IMG/VR virus record: IMGVR_UViG_3300044846_005100
Span: 76,224 to 140,223 of that record
Length of the DNA: 64,000 nt
Reading direction: 5' to 3' (one strand)
Source of the DNA: a virus
The translations under genes and the position numbers were made by a program. Positions 17,079 through 27,272 of this stretch are shown piece after piece (the first letter of the stretch is position 1; each line of letters starts with the position of its first letter). Below the pieces are notes generated by a model. It saw only the letters and a program-made list of their open reading frames with translations, did not search any database and had not been told where the DNA came from.

Positions 17079-17484
17079 TAATAATAATCATTTTGAAATT
17101 GTAAAAAACAAAAAATTTAAAGAAGTTATTTCAAATAAGGAATTTTTCACTGGTCAGACAGTCCTATTTATATGTTGTGAAGAATCTAAAACACCTACTC
17201 AACACACAATACAATTAGACACAAATTACCATGTATTAGATCCTATTGTAAAATACATAAAACATTCCTTCGATCCTAATGTTAGGGTTGAAGGACACTC
17301 TTTAGTGGCTATTAGAAAAATAAAGCCAGGAGATGAAATAAAGAGAAACTACTACGAAACAGAAGAGATTATAGTAAAAGAATTCACAGACAGAGAAACT
17401 GGAGAAAGAGTTAATACAAAAAATCTTTATTTATTCAATAATAAAAATACAGAAGATGGATTATTATTTGATGCAGAATTTTGA
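17071..17484 (+). CDS. SET-domain-like protein (divergent)
   Basis: YIKHSFDPNV and AIRKIKPGDEIKRNY match SET motifs NHSCxPN and GEELxxDY. Confidence 0.7.
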   Translation: MSNNNNHFEIVKNKKFKEVISNKEFFTGQTVLFICCEESKTPTQHTIQLDTNYHVLDPIVKYIKHSFDPNVRVEGHSLVAIRKIKPGDEIKRNYYETEEIIVKEFTDRETGERVNTKNLYLFNNKNTEDGLLFDAEF

Positions 17485-18010
17485 TTATGAGAAGAATAGA
17501 TATTCTTTCTGGGATGTAAATCCTGAATTTAAATTCACAGAACCTTTTGATGATTATTACAATGCTACTGAAAATAAAGATTATTCTTCGGAAGTAATGT
17601 GGGCCATTTTTTTATTTTGCGATATTAAGTCTCCTAAAATAAGGCTTAGAAAAGACGAAAGAGATCTTGATATTAAGAAATATTTTCTTAAAGATGAGAC
17701 TTTTAGTTTTGATTACCATGAAGATTTAGTAGATGCCTACCCAAAAGTAGTAATGACTAAAATACAGAGAGAACTTAAAGTATGGCAAGATAAGATAGAA
17801 GAAAGAAATAAGTTTTTAGAATCAGTTACTTATGATTTAAGTACTTATGAAGCCCTAGACAAGATGATGAAAGACTCTAAACTTATTTGGGAGTCTTTTG
17901 GAAAAATTTATAAAGAATATCAAGACGAAAATATAGAAACCAGAGCTAGAGGTGGAAGAGAAGAATCTTTCACCGAAAAGCTCGTAAGTAAAGCAAAAAA
18001 AGCAAATTAA
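17456..18010 (+). CDS. conserved crAss-like protein upstream of TerL (possible terminase small subunit)
   Basis: 184 aa, helical, C-terminal RGG; position next to TerL. Confidence 0.5.
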   Translation: MDYYLMQNFDYEKNRYSFWDVNPEFKFTEPFDDYYNATENKDYSSEVMWAIFLFCDIKSPKIRLRKDERDLDIKKYFLKDETFSFDYHEDLVDAYPKVVMTKIQRELKVWQDKIEERNKFLESVTYDLSTYEALDKMMKDSKLIWESFGKIYKEYQDENIETRARGGREESFTEKLVSKAKKAN

Positions 18011-18035
18011 TTATTCACATACAAAACAATAAATT

Positions 18036-18251
18036 ATGTTCCCAGTAAACAAACCAAATCAATACAATCAACCTAAAGCTAAAGCAAATCCTTTAGAGTT
18101 AAAACACGGAAGTTACTTTTGGCTTTCAAGACTTCTTGGCACTTACTCCAAAGAAAGATTCAAAGAGATGCAAGATGCTTTAGAAAAAATTAAGCAAAAT
18201 GCTTCAGAACAGCAAGATGCTCCTGAAAAAGCATTTGAACAAATAGACTAG
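18036..18251 (+). CDS. hypothetical protein
   Basis: 71 aa. Confidence 0.65.
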   Translation: MFPVNKPNQYNQPKAKANPLELKHGSYFWLSRLLGTYSKERFKEMQDALEKIKQNASEQQDAPEKAFEQID

Positions 18252-18257
18252 AATATT

Positions 18258-18476
18258 ATGATAATAATGATTGACTTAAAAAACAACTATATTGAGATAG
18301 ATGGTAATAAAGATCCTGATCTAAATATACAGAATGTTTTAGAAAAAATTTCTCAAAACATAGATAAGTATGATGTAAAACAAGTCAACATTAGGGAAGA
18401 ATTAATAAAAATGCTTTCCAAAAAAATTATAATAAGAAACAAAGATATTATACCTAGAGCTCCTATACAAAAATGA
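18258..18476 (+). CDS. hypothetical protein
   Basis: 72 aa; stop overlaps TerL start (ATGA). Confidence 0.65.
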   Translation: MIIMIDLKNNYIEIDGNKDPDLNIQNVLEKISQNIDKYDVKQVNIREELIKMLSKKIIIRNKDIIPRAPIQK

Positions 18477-20776
18477 TAATTAATACAGAAAATATATTTC
18501 CAAAAATATATGATAACACCCCTTTTATAAAAAATCATCCTACCTTACACCCTCATAGTACAGCCTATGAGGAATATTGGACTAGGGAATTAGAAGAGTT
18601 TATATTAGGGGTTTGGGGGGAGGAAGAAACTCCTGAAGGATTACGTTGGAGATATATGAATCCTCAGTTAAATTATTTCACTAATTATCACACTATTACC
18701 ATTCAAGATGGTAAACAACGTATTAAATCAAGGCCAAGTTTATTGGATATAAACTGGACCATATTAAATTGTTGGTTTATTTGTAGAGGTTTTAGTGGAT
18801 TTGAACAAGATGAAGAATACACTTGTAATTGGACAGTGAAACTAAAAGAGGATAAATTAAACAATCCTCTATCCCCTGACATTCCTTTAAAATTTTTAAA
18901 TAACCTATCTGACCATTGTTATAAGCCTGACGGAACCTTTAAAACATATATTGATCCTTTAGAATACTTAAATAAGACTCATGATAAGAATTTAGGCAAT
19001 CCTATTTATGATAACAATGCTTTAAATTTATTTTTATTAGGATCTCGATCGGGAGGAAAATCCTTTATGGCTTCAGCATTAATGGAACATGAATGGTTAT
19101 CGGATGGTGCTAAAACTGTAGAAGATTATCTTTCAGGAAAAAATAAAGTGGAAATTTTTTGTGGATCGGCCAGTTCGGGAAAATCTTCTCAACTATTAGA
19201 CAAATTCTCCAACTCTTTGAAAAACTTACCTGGAGAATATTTTGATAGAGAGTATTTCCCTTCTCCTTTTAGTAGAACTTTTTCTGGTACACTTAAAGTA
19301 GGAAACTCTAAAAATCCTTATAGATTTGAGTATGAAAAGAAAATCGGGAATTCTAATGTAAAAGAAGGTACAGGATCTCTACTTATCCACGAGACCTACA
19401 AAGACAATAAACAAGCAGCCGTTGGAGGCCGTTACAATGTGTTAGTAGTGGAAGAGGTGGGATTGGAAGATAAAATTCTTACAGTGCATGGTGCCAACGA
19501 ATCTACACAGGATATGGGGGCAGGTAAGTTTGGATCTTCATTCTACCTTGGAACAGGTGGAGACATGGAAAAAGTTATTGAATCTGAGATTATATTTAGA
19601 GATCCTGAAGCTTATGACTTTTTAGGGTTTAAAGATATTTATGAAGGAAGAGGAGTAATAGGTTTTTTCCTACCAGCAATTTATACAAACTTAGCCTACA
19701 AAGATGATAATGGCAATACAGATGTAGAGACTGCTTTGAAGTATGAAATGGAGCGAAGAGAAGAGAAAAAACAAGCTAATAATACTTCGGCCTACGATGA
19801 GTATATCATGTCTCGTCCAATTAAACCTTCTGAAATGTTCTTGTCAAAAACAGGTAACAAATTCCCGATTGTAATGCTTAGAGAGCAACAAGCCAATAAT
19901 GATAGGTATGAGTTTAAAAAACATTTAAGAACAGTAGGATCATTGGTAGAGGATAAAGATTATATTACAGGTGTAAAATTCAAACCTAATCCAGATTTAA
20001 GGCCTATAGATAGATTTCCTCACGATTCTAAATCTGATTTGAGAAGTGCTTGGGAGATTTACGAACATCCTCCTGCTGGCATAATACCTAGAAATCTTTT
20101 TAAAATTGTATATGACCCGATTAGAGATGAAGGCGGAGGTACTTCATTGGCAGCAATATATGTTTATAAATCTAATAATACTGTAGATGCTAATGGTAAT
20201 GAATTAGTTGCATGGTGGGTAGGAAGATATGATATGCCTGAAGAAATACATTTACAATGTGTATTGGCCGCCAAGTATTTTAATGCTGAAGTAATGTTTG
20301 AGAATAACATTATTGACTTTAAAAACTACTGTATGCGTACAGGTAACTATCATATATTAGCTCTCACCCCGAAACAAGTTATTGAAAAAGCAATAAAAGA
20401 TCCTACTTTAAAATATGATGTGGGAATTCCGATGACAAATCCTTTAAAACAATATGCTTTAAGGTTGGCCCAACAATGGCTATTAGAGGAAAAAAAGAAA
20501 TATGTAGAGGAACTAGAAGATGGCACCAAAAGAGAAGTGGTAGTTAGGAATTTACATACATTAAAAGATGATTTGTTAATTGAAGAGCTTATACAATATA
20601 ATGATAAAGGAAACTTTGACCGTGTATCGGCATTTTTACTTCTAATGTTGTGGCTAGAACAAGATAAAGAAATGATTGTAAAAGAAACTGAAGAAATGGT
20701 GCAAACTACTTCCAAAGATTTTTACACTGATTTGTATCGCAATCAATTAAAAAATACCAATTTACTCAAATACTAA
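18473..20776 (+). CDS. terL: terminase large subunit
   Basis: RSGGKS Walker A, VVEEVG Walker B, GTGG, nuclease motifs YDP, ENN and NFDRVSA as in crAss-like TerL. Confidence 0.95.
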   Translation: MIINTENIFPKIYDNTPFIKNHPTLHPHSTAYEEYWTRELEEFILGVWGEEETPEGLRWRYMNPQLNYFTNYHTITIQDGKQRIKSRPSLLDINWTILNCWFICRGFSGFEQDEEYTCNWTVKLKEDKLNNPLSPDIPLKFLNNLSDHCYKPDGTFKTYIDPLEYLNKTHDKNLGNPIYDNNALNLFLLGSRSGGKSFMASALMEHEWLSDGAKTVEDYLSGKNKVEIFCGSASSGKSSQLLDKFSNSLKNLPGEYFDREYFPSPFSRTFSGTLKVGNSKNPYRFEYEKKIGNSNVKEGTGSLLIHETYKDNKQAAVGGRYNVLVVEEVGLEDKILTVHGANESTQDMGAGKFGSSFYLGTGGDMEKVIESEIIFRDPEAYDFLGFKDIYEGRGVIGFFLPAIYTNLAYKDDNGNTDVETALKYEMERREEKKQANNTSAYDEYIMSRPIKPSEMFLSKTGNKFPIVMLREQQANNDRYEFKKHLRTVGSLVEDKDYITGVKFKPNPDLRPIDRFPHDSKSDLRSAWEIYEHPPAGIIPRNLFKIVYDPIRDEGGGTSLAAIYVYKSNNTVDANGNELVAWWVGRYDMPEEIHLQCVLAAKYFNAEVMFENNIIDFKNYCMRTGNYHILALTPKQVIEKAIKDPTLKYDVGIPMTNPLKQYALRLAQQWLLEEKKKYVEELEDGTKREVVVRNLHTLKDDLLIEELIQYNDKGNFDRVSAFLLLMLWLEQDKEMIVKETEEMVQTTSKDFYTDLYRNQLKNTNLLKY

Positions 20777-20833
20777 ATTAAATTTTATAAAAAAATAATT
20801 TTTAATTAATTTTGTTTTTTTAAAAACTAAAGA

Positions 20834-23347
20834 ATGGTAATAAATAGTAGTTTAACTTCGCAATTCTTAAACGCTCCTGGAAGTGACAGGTTGAGTTATA
20901 AGAAAAAAATAGCAGACAACTATGCTTGGGCAAGGCAGAGAATGGATTACCTATGCAACCAATATAATTATTATAACGAGAAAAAAGAAAAGTTTAAAAT
21001 CAACTACGAGTTATACAACGGTAGAATGGATTTTAATAGTTATATAAATACAGGAAACACTATTCAAACCGAATTAGGTATGGATATTCCTGAAATGGAA
21101 ATCAATCAAAGTGATTTTATACACTTTCCAATATTGCAAACAGTGCTTCACGACTTAGAAGGAGAGGAAATTAAAAGACCTTTTAACTTAAGAGTGGTAA
21201 GTACTAACTCTACAAGTGAATCTATTAGACAAAAAACTCGTAGAGAGTTGTTAGTGGAAAATACTTCTAAAATTGTTAAACAAGATCTTTTGAATAAAGC
21301 TAAATTAGCTAATCAAAAGAGAATGGAGCAAATTAAAGCTCAGATGGATCCTTCTATGGACCCTGAGTATATGAATAAGTTACAGGAAATTTCTGATAGC
21401 CTTGATGCTCAATTGGAAGAAACTGTCAATAAAATGACTCCAATTGAAGTAGAAACTTATATGGCTAAAGGGTTTAAGCTTCCTGAAGAAAAACTTACAG
21501 ATGAGCTTTTACAATATCATATCCGAACAGATAGAATTAAATTAGTATTTGATAAAGGCTGGAAAGATGTGATTATTACTGGAGAAGAAGTTTATTGGAC
21601 AGGAGAACTTAACGGAAAGCCTGTAATAAAAGCTTGTAATCCTTTGTATTTCAATTATGCTAAATCTAAAGATGTTGATTTCTTAGATGAAGCAGATTGG
21701 TGTACTTACGATGAATATCTTTCTATTTATGAAATATACCAAAAATTTGGTAATATTATTACCGAAGAAGAAAGAGAAGTATTTGATAAATACGAATCTA
21801 CATTAAATTCTCCAAGTGATTCTAAGATATGGGAAATTATTCCTAACGCTATTATGAATCCTACAGACTCAGAGGCAACTCCTAGTTGGGTAGATCCTTG
21901 GGAAGACAATTATACAGATAATTTTAAAATTAGAAGACTTAGAGTTACACACGTTGTATGGAAGTCTTTGAAAAAAATAAAATATATTTTTAGACTTAAT
22001 GAAAATGGAACCTTAGAGAAAACTATTGCGGATGAAACGTATGTTTTCAACAAAGAAACAGATGTTAAGCAAGAAATTATATTTATTCCTGAATTTTGGC
22101 ATGGATATAAAATCTTCACAAATCCTAAAATTTATTTGAAAATTGAACCTATTCCTAATCAATACAGAGATATTGATAATCCTTTTCAAATAAGGGGTCC
22201 TTATACAGGATCAGTATATTCTGCTAGAAACTCTGCTCCAATCGCTATTGCGGATTTAGGAAAACCTTGGCAATTCTTGTACAATGTAATTATCAATCAA
22301 ATTATTGAATTGATGAAAACAGATATAGGAAGAGTATTGATGGGTATTTCTGAGCAGATTCCAAAAGAAATGACTCCAACACAATGGATGACTTATATTA
22401 AGAAATTCAAAGTGGCTTTAATTTCTGCTTCAAGAGAAGGAGATATGAGAAATGTAGGAGTAGATCCTCAGTATTGGAAATCTATAGATTTATCACACAC
22501 TCAAGAAATTAGTCAAAAAATTGAACTATTAGAATATATTGAGAAAAAAATGGCTCAATCTATGAGTTATAACCCTGGACGTTTAGGCCAACAATCTCCT
22601 TATGAATCTATAGGTAATAACCAACAAAGTATTATACAGTCTTCTAACCAGACAGAGAAATGGTTTTACATGCATAACTATGTAAAAGAAAGAACTGTAG
22701 AAAACTATATTGAGATCTGTAAAGTAATTTATAAGGACAATCCTTTAAAAGCTTCTTATATTCTTTCAGATTTAAGTGTTGCTACTTTAAATACAGAAGT
22801 TGCTAATTTTGCAAATTATAACTATAAAGTATTTATTACCAATACTTTAAGAGATACAGAAATCATAGGTCAATTAAAAAATCTTATTCAACCTATTATT
22901 CAAAACAGTAATGGAGATTTAAGAGTAGCTACAGAGATTCTTACTACAGAAAATGCTACCGAGGTAAAAAATATCATAAATAGAATACAAGAGCAAAAAG
23001 AAGCAAAAGAAGAACAAATGCAAAAAGCTCAACAAGAGCAACAAATGCAAATACAACAAATGCAGATCCAAGCTGAACAAGAAAGAATGAAAGTAGAAAA
23101 ACAAATGGCAGATGATAAAAATGCTACTACTATAAAAGCTGCTGAGTTAAATACAGAACGTTTTGCTAGAGCTAATGATATTAACCAAGACGGTACAAAC
23201 GATTTGATTGAATTACAAATGATGAAAAACGAAAGTGAGTCCGCTACAGACCTTAATGATGCTAAGATAGAGCAAATTATGCTTCAGAATAAAAAAATTG
23301 AAACAGAAATAAGCTTGATGAAGAAAAAAGGTAATGAAAAGAAATAG
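20834..23347 (+). CDS. portal protein
   Basis: 837 aa after TerL; NYELYNG and L.GEE.KRPF motifs, Gln-rich C-terminal coiled coil. Confidence 0.9.
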   Translation: MVINSSLTSQFLNAPGSDRLSYKKKIADNYAWARQRMDYLCNQYNYYNEKKEKFKINYELYNGRMDFNSYINTGNTIQTELGMDIPEMEINQSDFIHFPILQTVLHDLEGEEIKRPFNLRVVSTNSTSESIRQKTRRELLVENTSKIVKQDLLNKAKLANQKRMEQIKAQMDPSMDPEYMNKLQEISDSLDAQLEETVNKMTPIEVETYMAKGFKLPEEKLTDELLQYHIRTDRIKLVFDKGWKDVIITGEEVYWTGELNGKPVIKACNPLYFNYAKSKDVDFLDEADWCTYDEYLSIYEIYQKFGNIITEEEREVFDKYESTLNSPSDSKIWEIIPNAIMNPTDSEATPSWVDPWEDNYTDNFKIRRLRVTHVVWKSLKKIKYIFRLNENGTLEKTIADETYVFNKETDVKQEIIFIPEFWHGYKIFTNPKIYLKIEPIPNQYRDIDNPFQIRGPYTGSVYSARNSAPIAIADLGKPWQFLYNVIINQIIELMKTDIGRVLMGISEQIPKEMTPTQWMTYIKKFKVALISASREGDMRNVGVDPQYWKSIDLSHTQEISQKIELLEYIEKKMAQSMSYNPGRLGQQSPYESIGNNQQSIIQSSNQTEKWFYMHNYVKERTVENYIEICKVIYKDNPLKASYILSDLSVATLNTEVANFANYNYKVFITNTLRDTEIIGQLKNLIQPIIQNSNGDLRVATEILTTENATEVKNIINRIQEQKEAKEEQMQKAQQEQQMQIQQMQIQAEQERMKVEKQMADDKNATTIKAAELNTERFARANDINQDGTNDLIELQMMKNESESATDLNDAKIEQIMLQNKKIETEISLMKKKGNEKK

Positions 23348-23472
23348 CCCATAAATAAAGGATTTCAGAGTAAATTTTTTTATTATAAAAAAAAATAATT
23401 TACAAAAAAATAATTTTTTTTCAATTTTGTATCACAAAGCAATTATAATTCACACACACAAAAAAAAATAAT

Positions 23473-24606
23473 ATGTCAGAAAATAACTTAGATTTTGAAA
23501 TCTTAGAGTTTAACGAAGAAATGCTTGATAGCAATAACTTATCAGACAAGATAGAAACTCTAAATGAAGAAGAACTTAATAATGAAGATGATGAAGAGCT
23601 TGATGATGATGCTTCTCTAGTTAACCAAGATTTAATAGATGAGGAAAACATAGATGAGCTTGAGTTATCAGAAGAAGAGAAAAAAATTATCTTAGAAAAA
23701 AAGAAAGAGAAAAAAGCTTCTGAAGAAGTAGCTGAAGAAGAGGAAGAAGAGTCAGAAGAAAATGATTTGGAGCCTTTAAAAGTGTTTGCAGCAGAGTTGC
23801 AAGAGAAAAATCTCTTAAATCTTCCAGAAGATTGGGATGGAAACGAAGAAACTTTGTTTGAAGCCTATGAGCAAACTCTTGAAGAAAGAGCTTTAAATAT
23901 GGTGAAAAATGCTTATAAAGTAGAGGATCCAAAAGTAGACGGAGTTCTTAGATTTATTAAAGACGGTGGAAACATTGAAGACTACATTAACTTATATAGT
24001 GAAACTAATTGGGTGGATGTAGATATAGAAGATGAAGATAATGCAACAGCTTTAGTAAAAACATATCTAAGTTCTGTAAAAAATCTTGAAGACGATGAAG
24101 TAGATGCTTTAGTAGAAGGATATAAAGAAAAAGGAAAAATCTTTAATCAAGCTAGTAAAATACAAGCTGACTTGAAAGTTTTCAGAGAAAAACAAGAAGA
24201 AGAGCTTATTAAGTCTCAACAAGAATATGCTCGTATCCAAAGAGAAGAATACACTAAGAGTGTAAATAAAATTAGAGAAACTATCCAAAAAGGTAAAAGC
24301 GAAAACATTGTTATTGCTAAAAACCAAAAAAGTAATCTTGAAGACTTTATTTTTAGTCCTCAAGAGATAAAAAATGATAAAGGAGAAGTAGTAGGAAGAG
24401 TTACAAAGTTTAAACAAGTATTGAATAACTACTTATCTGATCCTGAAAAAATGGTAGCATTAGCTTATAAGTTATATGAAGGCCTTTCGGATAAATCAGA
24501 CAAAATAGAAATAGCTAGTAAAGAAAAGAGCAAATTGGCAGAAAGTCTTAAAAGAGCTTCAGGTAAAACTAAGTCTGATACAATAAAATTAGAATTCATA
24601 AATTAA
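23473..24606 (+). CDS. acidic scaffold-like protein
   Basis: Very acidic N-terminus; lies between portal and MCP as in crAss-like phages. Confidence 0.7.
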   Translation: MSENNLDFEILEFNEEMLDSNNLSDKIETLNEEELNNEDDEELDDDASLVNQDLIDEENIDELELSEEEKKIILEKKKEKKASEEVAEEEEEESEENDLEPLKVFAAELQEKNLLNLPEDWDGNEETLFEAYEQTLEERALNMVKNAYKVEDPKVDGVLRFIKDGGNIEDYINLYSETNWVDVDIEDEDNATALVKTYLSSVKNLEDDEVDALVEGYKEKGKIFNQASKIQADLKVFREKQEEELIKSQQEYARIQREEYTKSVNKIRETIQKGKSENIVIAKNQKSNLEDFIFSPQEIKNDKGEVVGRVTKFKQVLNNYLSDPEKMVALAYKLYEGLSDKSDKIEIASKEKSKLAESLKRASGKTKSDTIKLEFIN

Positions 24607-24631
24607 AATATTCAAATAAAATTAAATTAAC

Positions 24632-26209
24632 ATGAAATTATCACAAAGTAAATTCGGTATCATAAAAGCTCCTACGATTACAGGTGATCGTAACTGGGGT
24701 ATGAACTATACCAACCTAAACAACCTATATCAAGCAGGTTTGATCAAAACTGACGTTGATGCATTAGGTGGAATGGGTCAGTTGGCTTCTATGAAAACAT
24801 TGTTCGATGGAACATCTCCATTGTTGGAGCTTGCACAAGGTTCTGACACTATCACTGTTGAAGGTGACAAAGTAGAATGGGAATTCATGGTTTCAGGATA
24901 CAGACCAGCTCTTATCGTTGAAGACGTTGAACCAGGAAACTTAACTAAAGGTATTGCTCAAAGAGAATTCAAAATCAAACTTGATTTGGGTACTTATGTT
25001 GAGGGTGATACATTGGTATTCACTGACAGCAAAAAATTCAACATGCGTGTAAGTAAATCTCCAGTTAAAGAAGGTTCTTTCACAGTGTACACAGTTAAAT
25101 TGATGACTGACAGCCCTAATTTGTTCGTAGACAACAGTTTGTTTACACCAGGAACAAGGGTTATGAAATTGCACTCTACTTATTCTGAGGCTTCTGTAAA
25201 AGGTGGTTCAATGAGTGTTGATGCTATCGGTAAAATTAAATTCCGTTCTGGATTGACAAGATTTAGAAAACAATACCAAATGACAGGAGATGCTGCTCAA
25301 CGTAGATTGAATGGTAACTTGTCTGAGGCAGATTTGTTGATCTTGGCAGGTAGAAAAGCAGGAGAGAGCCAACAAGCTTTCCAAACAAGAATTGCTAATG
25401 CTTTGAACAAAAAGAATACAGGTAACATGTATATCACTTCAGTAGCAGAGGTTAAATTCAACAAAGAATTTGAAATGGAAAAAGAACTTCACTTGATGTA
25501 TCAAAGAAGTACTTCTACAGTAATTGACGAATCTACAGGATACTTTGTAAATCAAGGTCCAGGTCTTCAAGAGATTTTGGAAGATGGATACAGAGAGTAC
25601 TACAATACATTCTCTATCGGTCTTATCAAAGACTTCTTGCAAGATATTTTCTTCGGAAGAGTTGCTTACGATCAAAGAAATGTTGTAATGTGGACAGGAG
25701 AGATTGGATTGAGATTGTTTGATGAAGCTATCAACCAAATCACTCAAGGTTTCTTCAAAGACATGAAAGATTATTTCATCAAAACTGACGGAACTTCATT
25801 AGTACCAGGTGGACCAAGTGGATTGTCTTACACTGAAACTCCTTGGACTCAATACAAATTGAAATTTGGTGGTTCATTGACAGTTATGCACATGAAAGCT
25901 TACGATGACGTTACATTCAACACTATCTTAGATGAGAATGGTTATCCAGCAGAATCTTCAAGATTCACATTTGTAAACTACGGATTGGGAGATGGTTTTG
26001 GTAAAAATATTTCTTACTTGAAATCTAAGAGAGATGTTGCTTACGGATTTGAAGGTGGATTGTCTAGCCCTTACGGAAACAACCAAGGTTCAATGATGTC
26101 TCACTCAGGTGACTTCTGGACTGTACATAGAATGGAATACGCAGGTATCATGGTAAAAGATGTTACAAAATGCGGTGAGTTGATTCCAGCAGTATTAAGA
26201 GGAAAATAA
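24632..26209 (+). CDS. major capsid protein
   Basis: 525 aa; GPGLQEIL and TGEIG motifs, biased high-expression codons, position, followed by a terminator. Confidence 0.9.
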   Translation: MKLSQSKFGIIKAPTITGDRNWGMNYTNLNNLYQAGLIKTDVDALGGMGQLASMKTLFDGTSPLLELAQGSDTITVEGDKVEWEFMVSGYRPALIVEDVEPGNLTKGIAQREFKIKLDLGTYVEGDTLVFTDSKKFNMRVSKSPVKEGSFTVYTVKLMTDSPNLFVDNSLFTPGTRVMKLHSTYSEASVKGGSMSVDAIGKIKFRSGLTRFRKQYQMTGDAAQRRLNGNLSEADLLILAGRKAGESQQAFQTRIANALNKKNTGNMYITSVAEVKFNKEFEMEKELHLMYQRSTSTVIDESTGYFVNQGPGLQEILEDGYREYYNTFSIGLIKDFLQDIFFGRVAYDQRNVVMWTGEIGLRLFDEAINQITQGFFKDMKDYFIKTDGTSLVPGGPSGLSYTETPWTQYKLKFGGSLTVMHMKAYDDVTFNTILDENGYPAESSRFTFVNYGLGDGFGKNISYLKSKRDVAYGFEGGLSSPYGNNQGSMMSHSGDFWTVHRMEYAGIMVKDVTKCGELIPAVLRGK

Positions 26210-26224
26210 AACCTTATAGGCTTT

Positions 26225-26255
26225 AAGGGGTGAGCCGCCTAATCACCCCTTTTTT
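26225..26255 (+). terminator. intrinsic terminator after MCP
   Basis: AAGGGGTGA/TCACCCCTT stem plus T run. Confidence 0.85.
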
Positions 26256-26257
26256 AT

Positions 26258-26328
26258 AGCAGGAGGGAGGTATGGATCTCTCTGGTCTCATAAGCCAGTT
26301 AAACCAGTTCGAGTCTGAGTCGTTGCTA
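26258..26328 (+). tRNA. tRNA-Met(CAT), atypical or degenerate
   Basis: Anticodon arm CTGGT-CTCATAA-GCCAG, TTCGAGT T loop, AGCA/TGCT acceptor; short D arm and irregular T and acceptor stems. Confidence 0.7.
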
Positions 26329-26360
26329 CTATTTTTTAAACACACAAACAAAAAAAAACA

Positions 26361-27272
26361 ATGAGCACATTAACAAACAAAAAGGTAAAAATTTACCCAA
26401 ACATTAAAAAAAATAAGCATTGGCAAGTAAATATTGACCCATCTTATAGACAAGCGTCAGAATCTTATGCTTTTTTAGCAAACGCTAATACAATTAGACC
26501 CCAATTTGACGAAAGTTCTTATAGATACCATTTGGGTCCAATTAATGAAAGATACACTGATGAACAAATTAATACATTGGTTAGAAAACTAGCCTTAAAT
26601 GATGAGATTACTAATCAAAAAATCACATCAGCCGATCCTTCTAATAGAAGAGATCCATTCTTTACACACTCAAAATGTAAAGCAAAACTAACTAGAGATA
26701 TTCAAACTCTTGACCTAAACAAACCAACAGAAGAATTGGTTTATGGAATTATGTCTGCTGATCCAATGACAGTTATAGGAGAAACTTCTCTTTCAAAACA
26801 TCCAACAGCAGAATGGATTATAGAAGACGAAGTAGCAGATGCTACAATAAGAGAATCTAAGCGTGAGAAAACAAGTAAATTGCACGAAAGATATAACAAG
26901 CTTACTTTGTCACAAAAAAGAGATATGAGTACCGCATTAGGTATTAAATTAACAGGAGACGAGAAAGAAATAATTATTGAAGATTTATTGTACTCTAAGA
27001 TTACAGAAAACGAAAATAAAGAAACTCTTTCAGCAATTCAAGATTTATTCATTGAATTGTCCGACCCTAAAAATAAAGCTAAATTGGAAGTTACTATTAA
27101 CGTAGAAAAAATGTACCAATATGCTGTGTTAAGAAAAGAAAATATTAAAGTATTCTTTAACGGAGAACAACTTCAAACAGATACTATCCATATTATTGAT
27201 TTCTTACAAAAACCAGAAAATTCATCATTATATCTAAGCCTAGAAGAGGCTTTAAAAGCTAAAATGAAATAA
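26361..27272 (+). CDS. conserved crAss-like protein downstream of MCP
   Basis: 303 aa, synteny. Confidence 0.7.
   Translation: MSTLTNKKVKIYPNIKKNKHWQVNIDPSYRQASESYAFLANANTIRPQFDESSYRYHLGPINERYTDEQINTLVRKLALNDEITNQKITSADPSNRRDPFFTHSKCKAKLTRDIQTLDLNKPTEELVYGIMSADPMTVIGETSLSKHPTAEWIIEDEVADATIRESKREKTSKLHERYNKLTLSQKRDMSTALGIKLTGDEKEIIIEDLLYSKITENENKETLSAIQDLFIELSDPKNKAKLEVTINVEKMYQYAVLRKENIKVFFNGEQLQTDTIHIIDFLQKPENSSLYLSLEEALKAKMK

Noticed and set aside
18473-26209. Inteins or introns in TerL, portal or MCP
   Set aside because: Continuous ORFs of ordinary length with no C...HN splice motifs or LAGLIDADG blocks noticed
12809-26360. Theta (HDV-like) ribozymes 3' of the tRNAs
   Set aside because: Sequences after both tRNAs are short A/T-rich leaders with no capacity for the nested double pseudoknot
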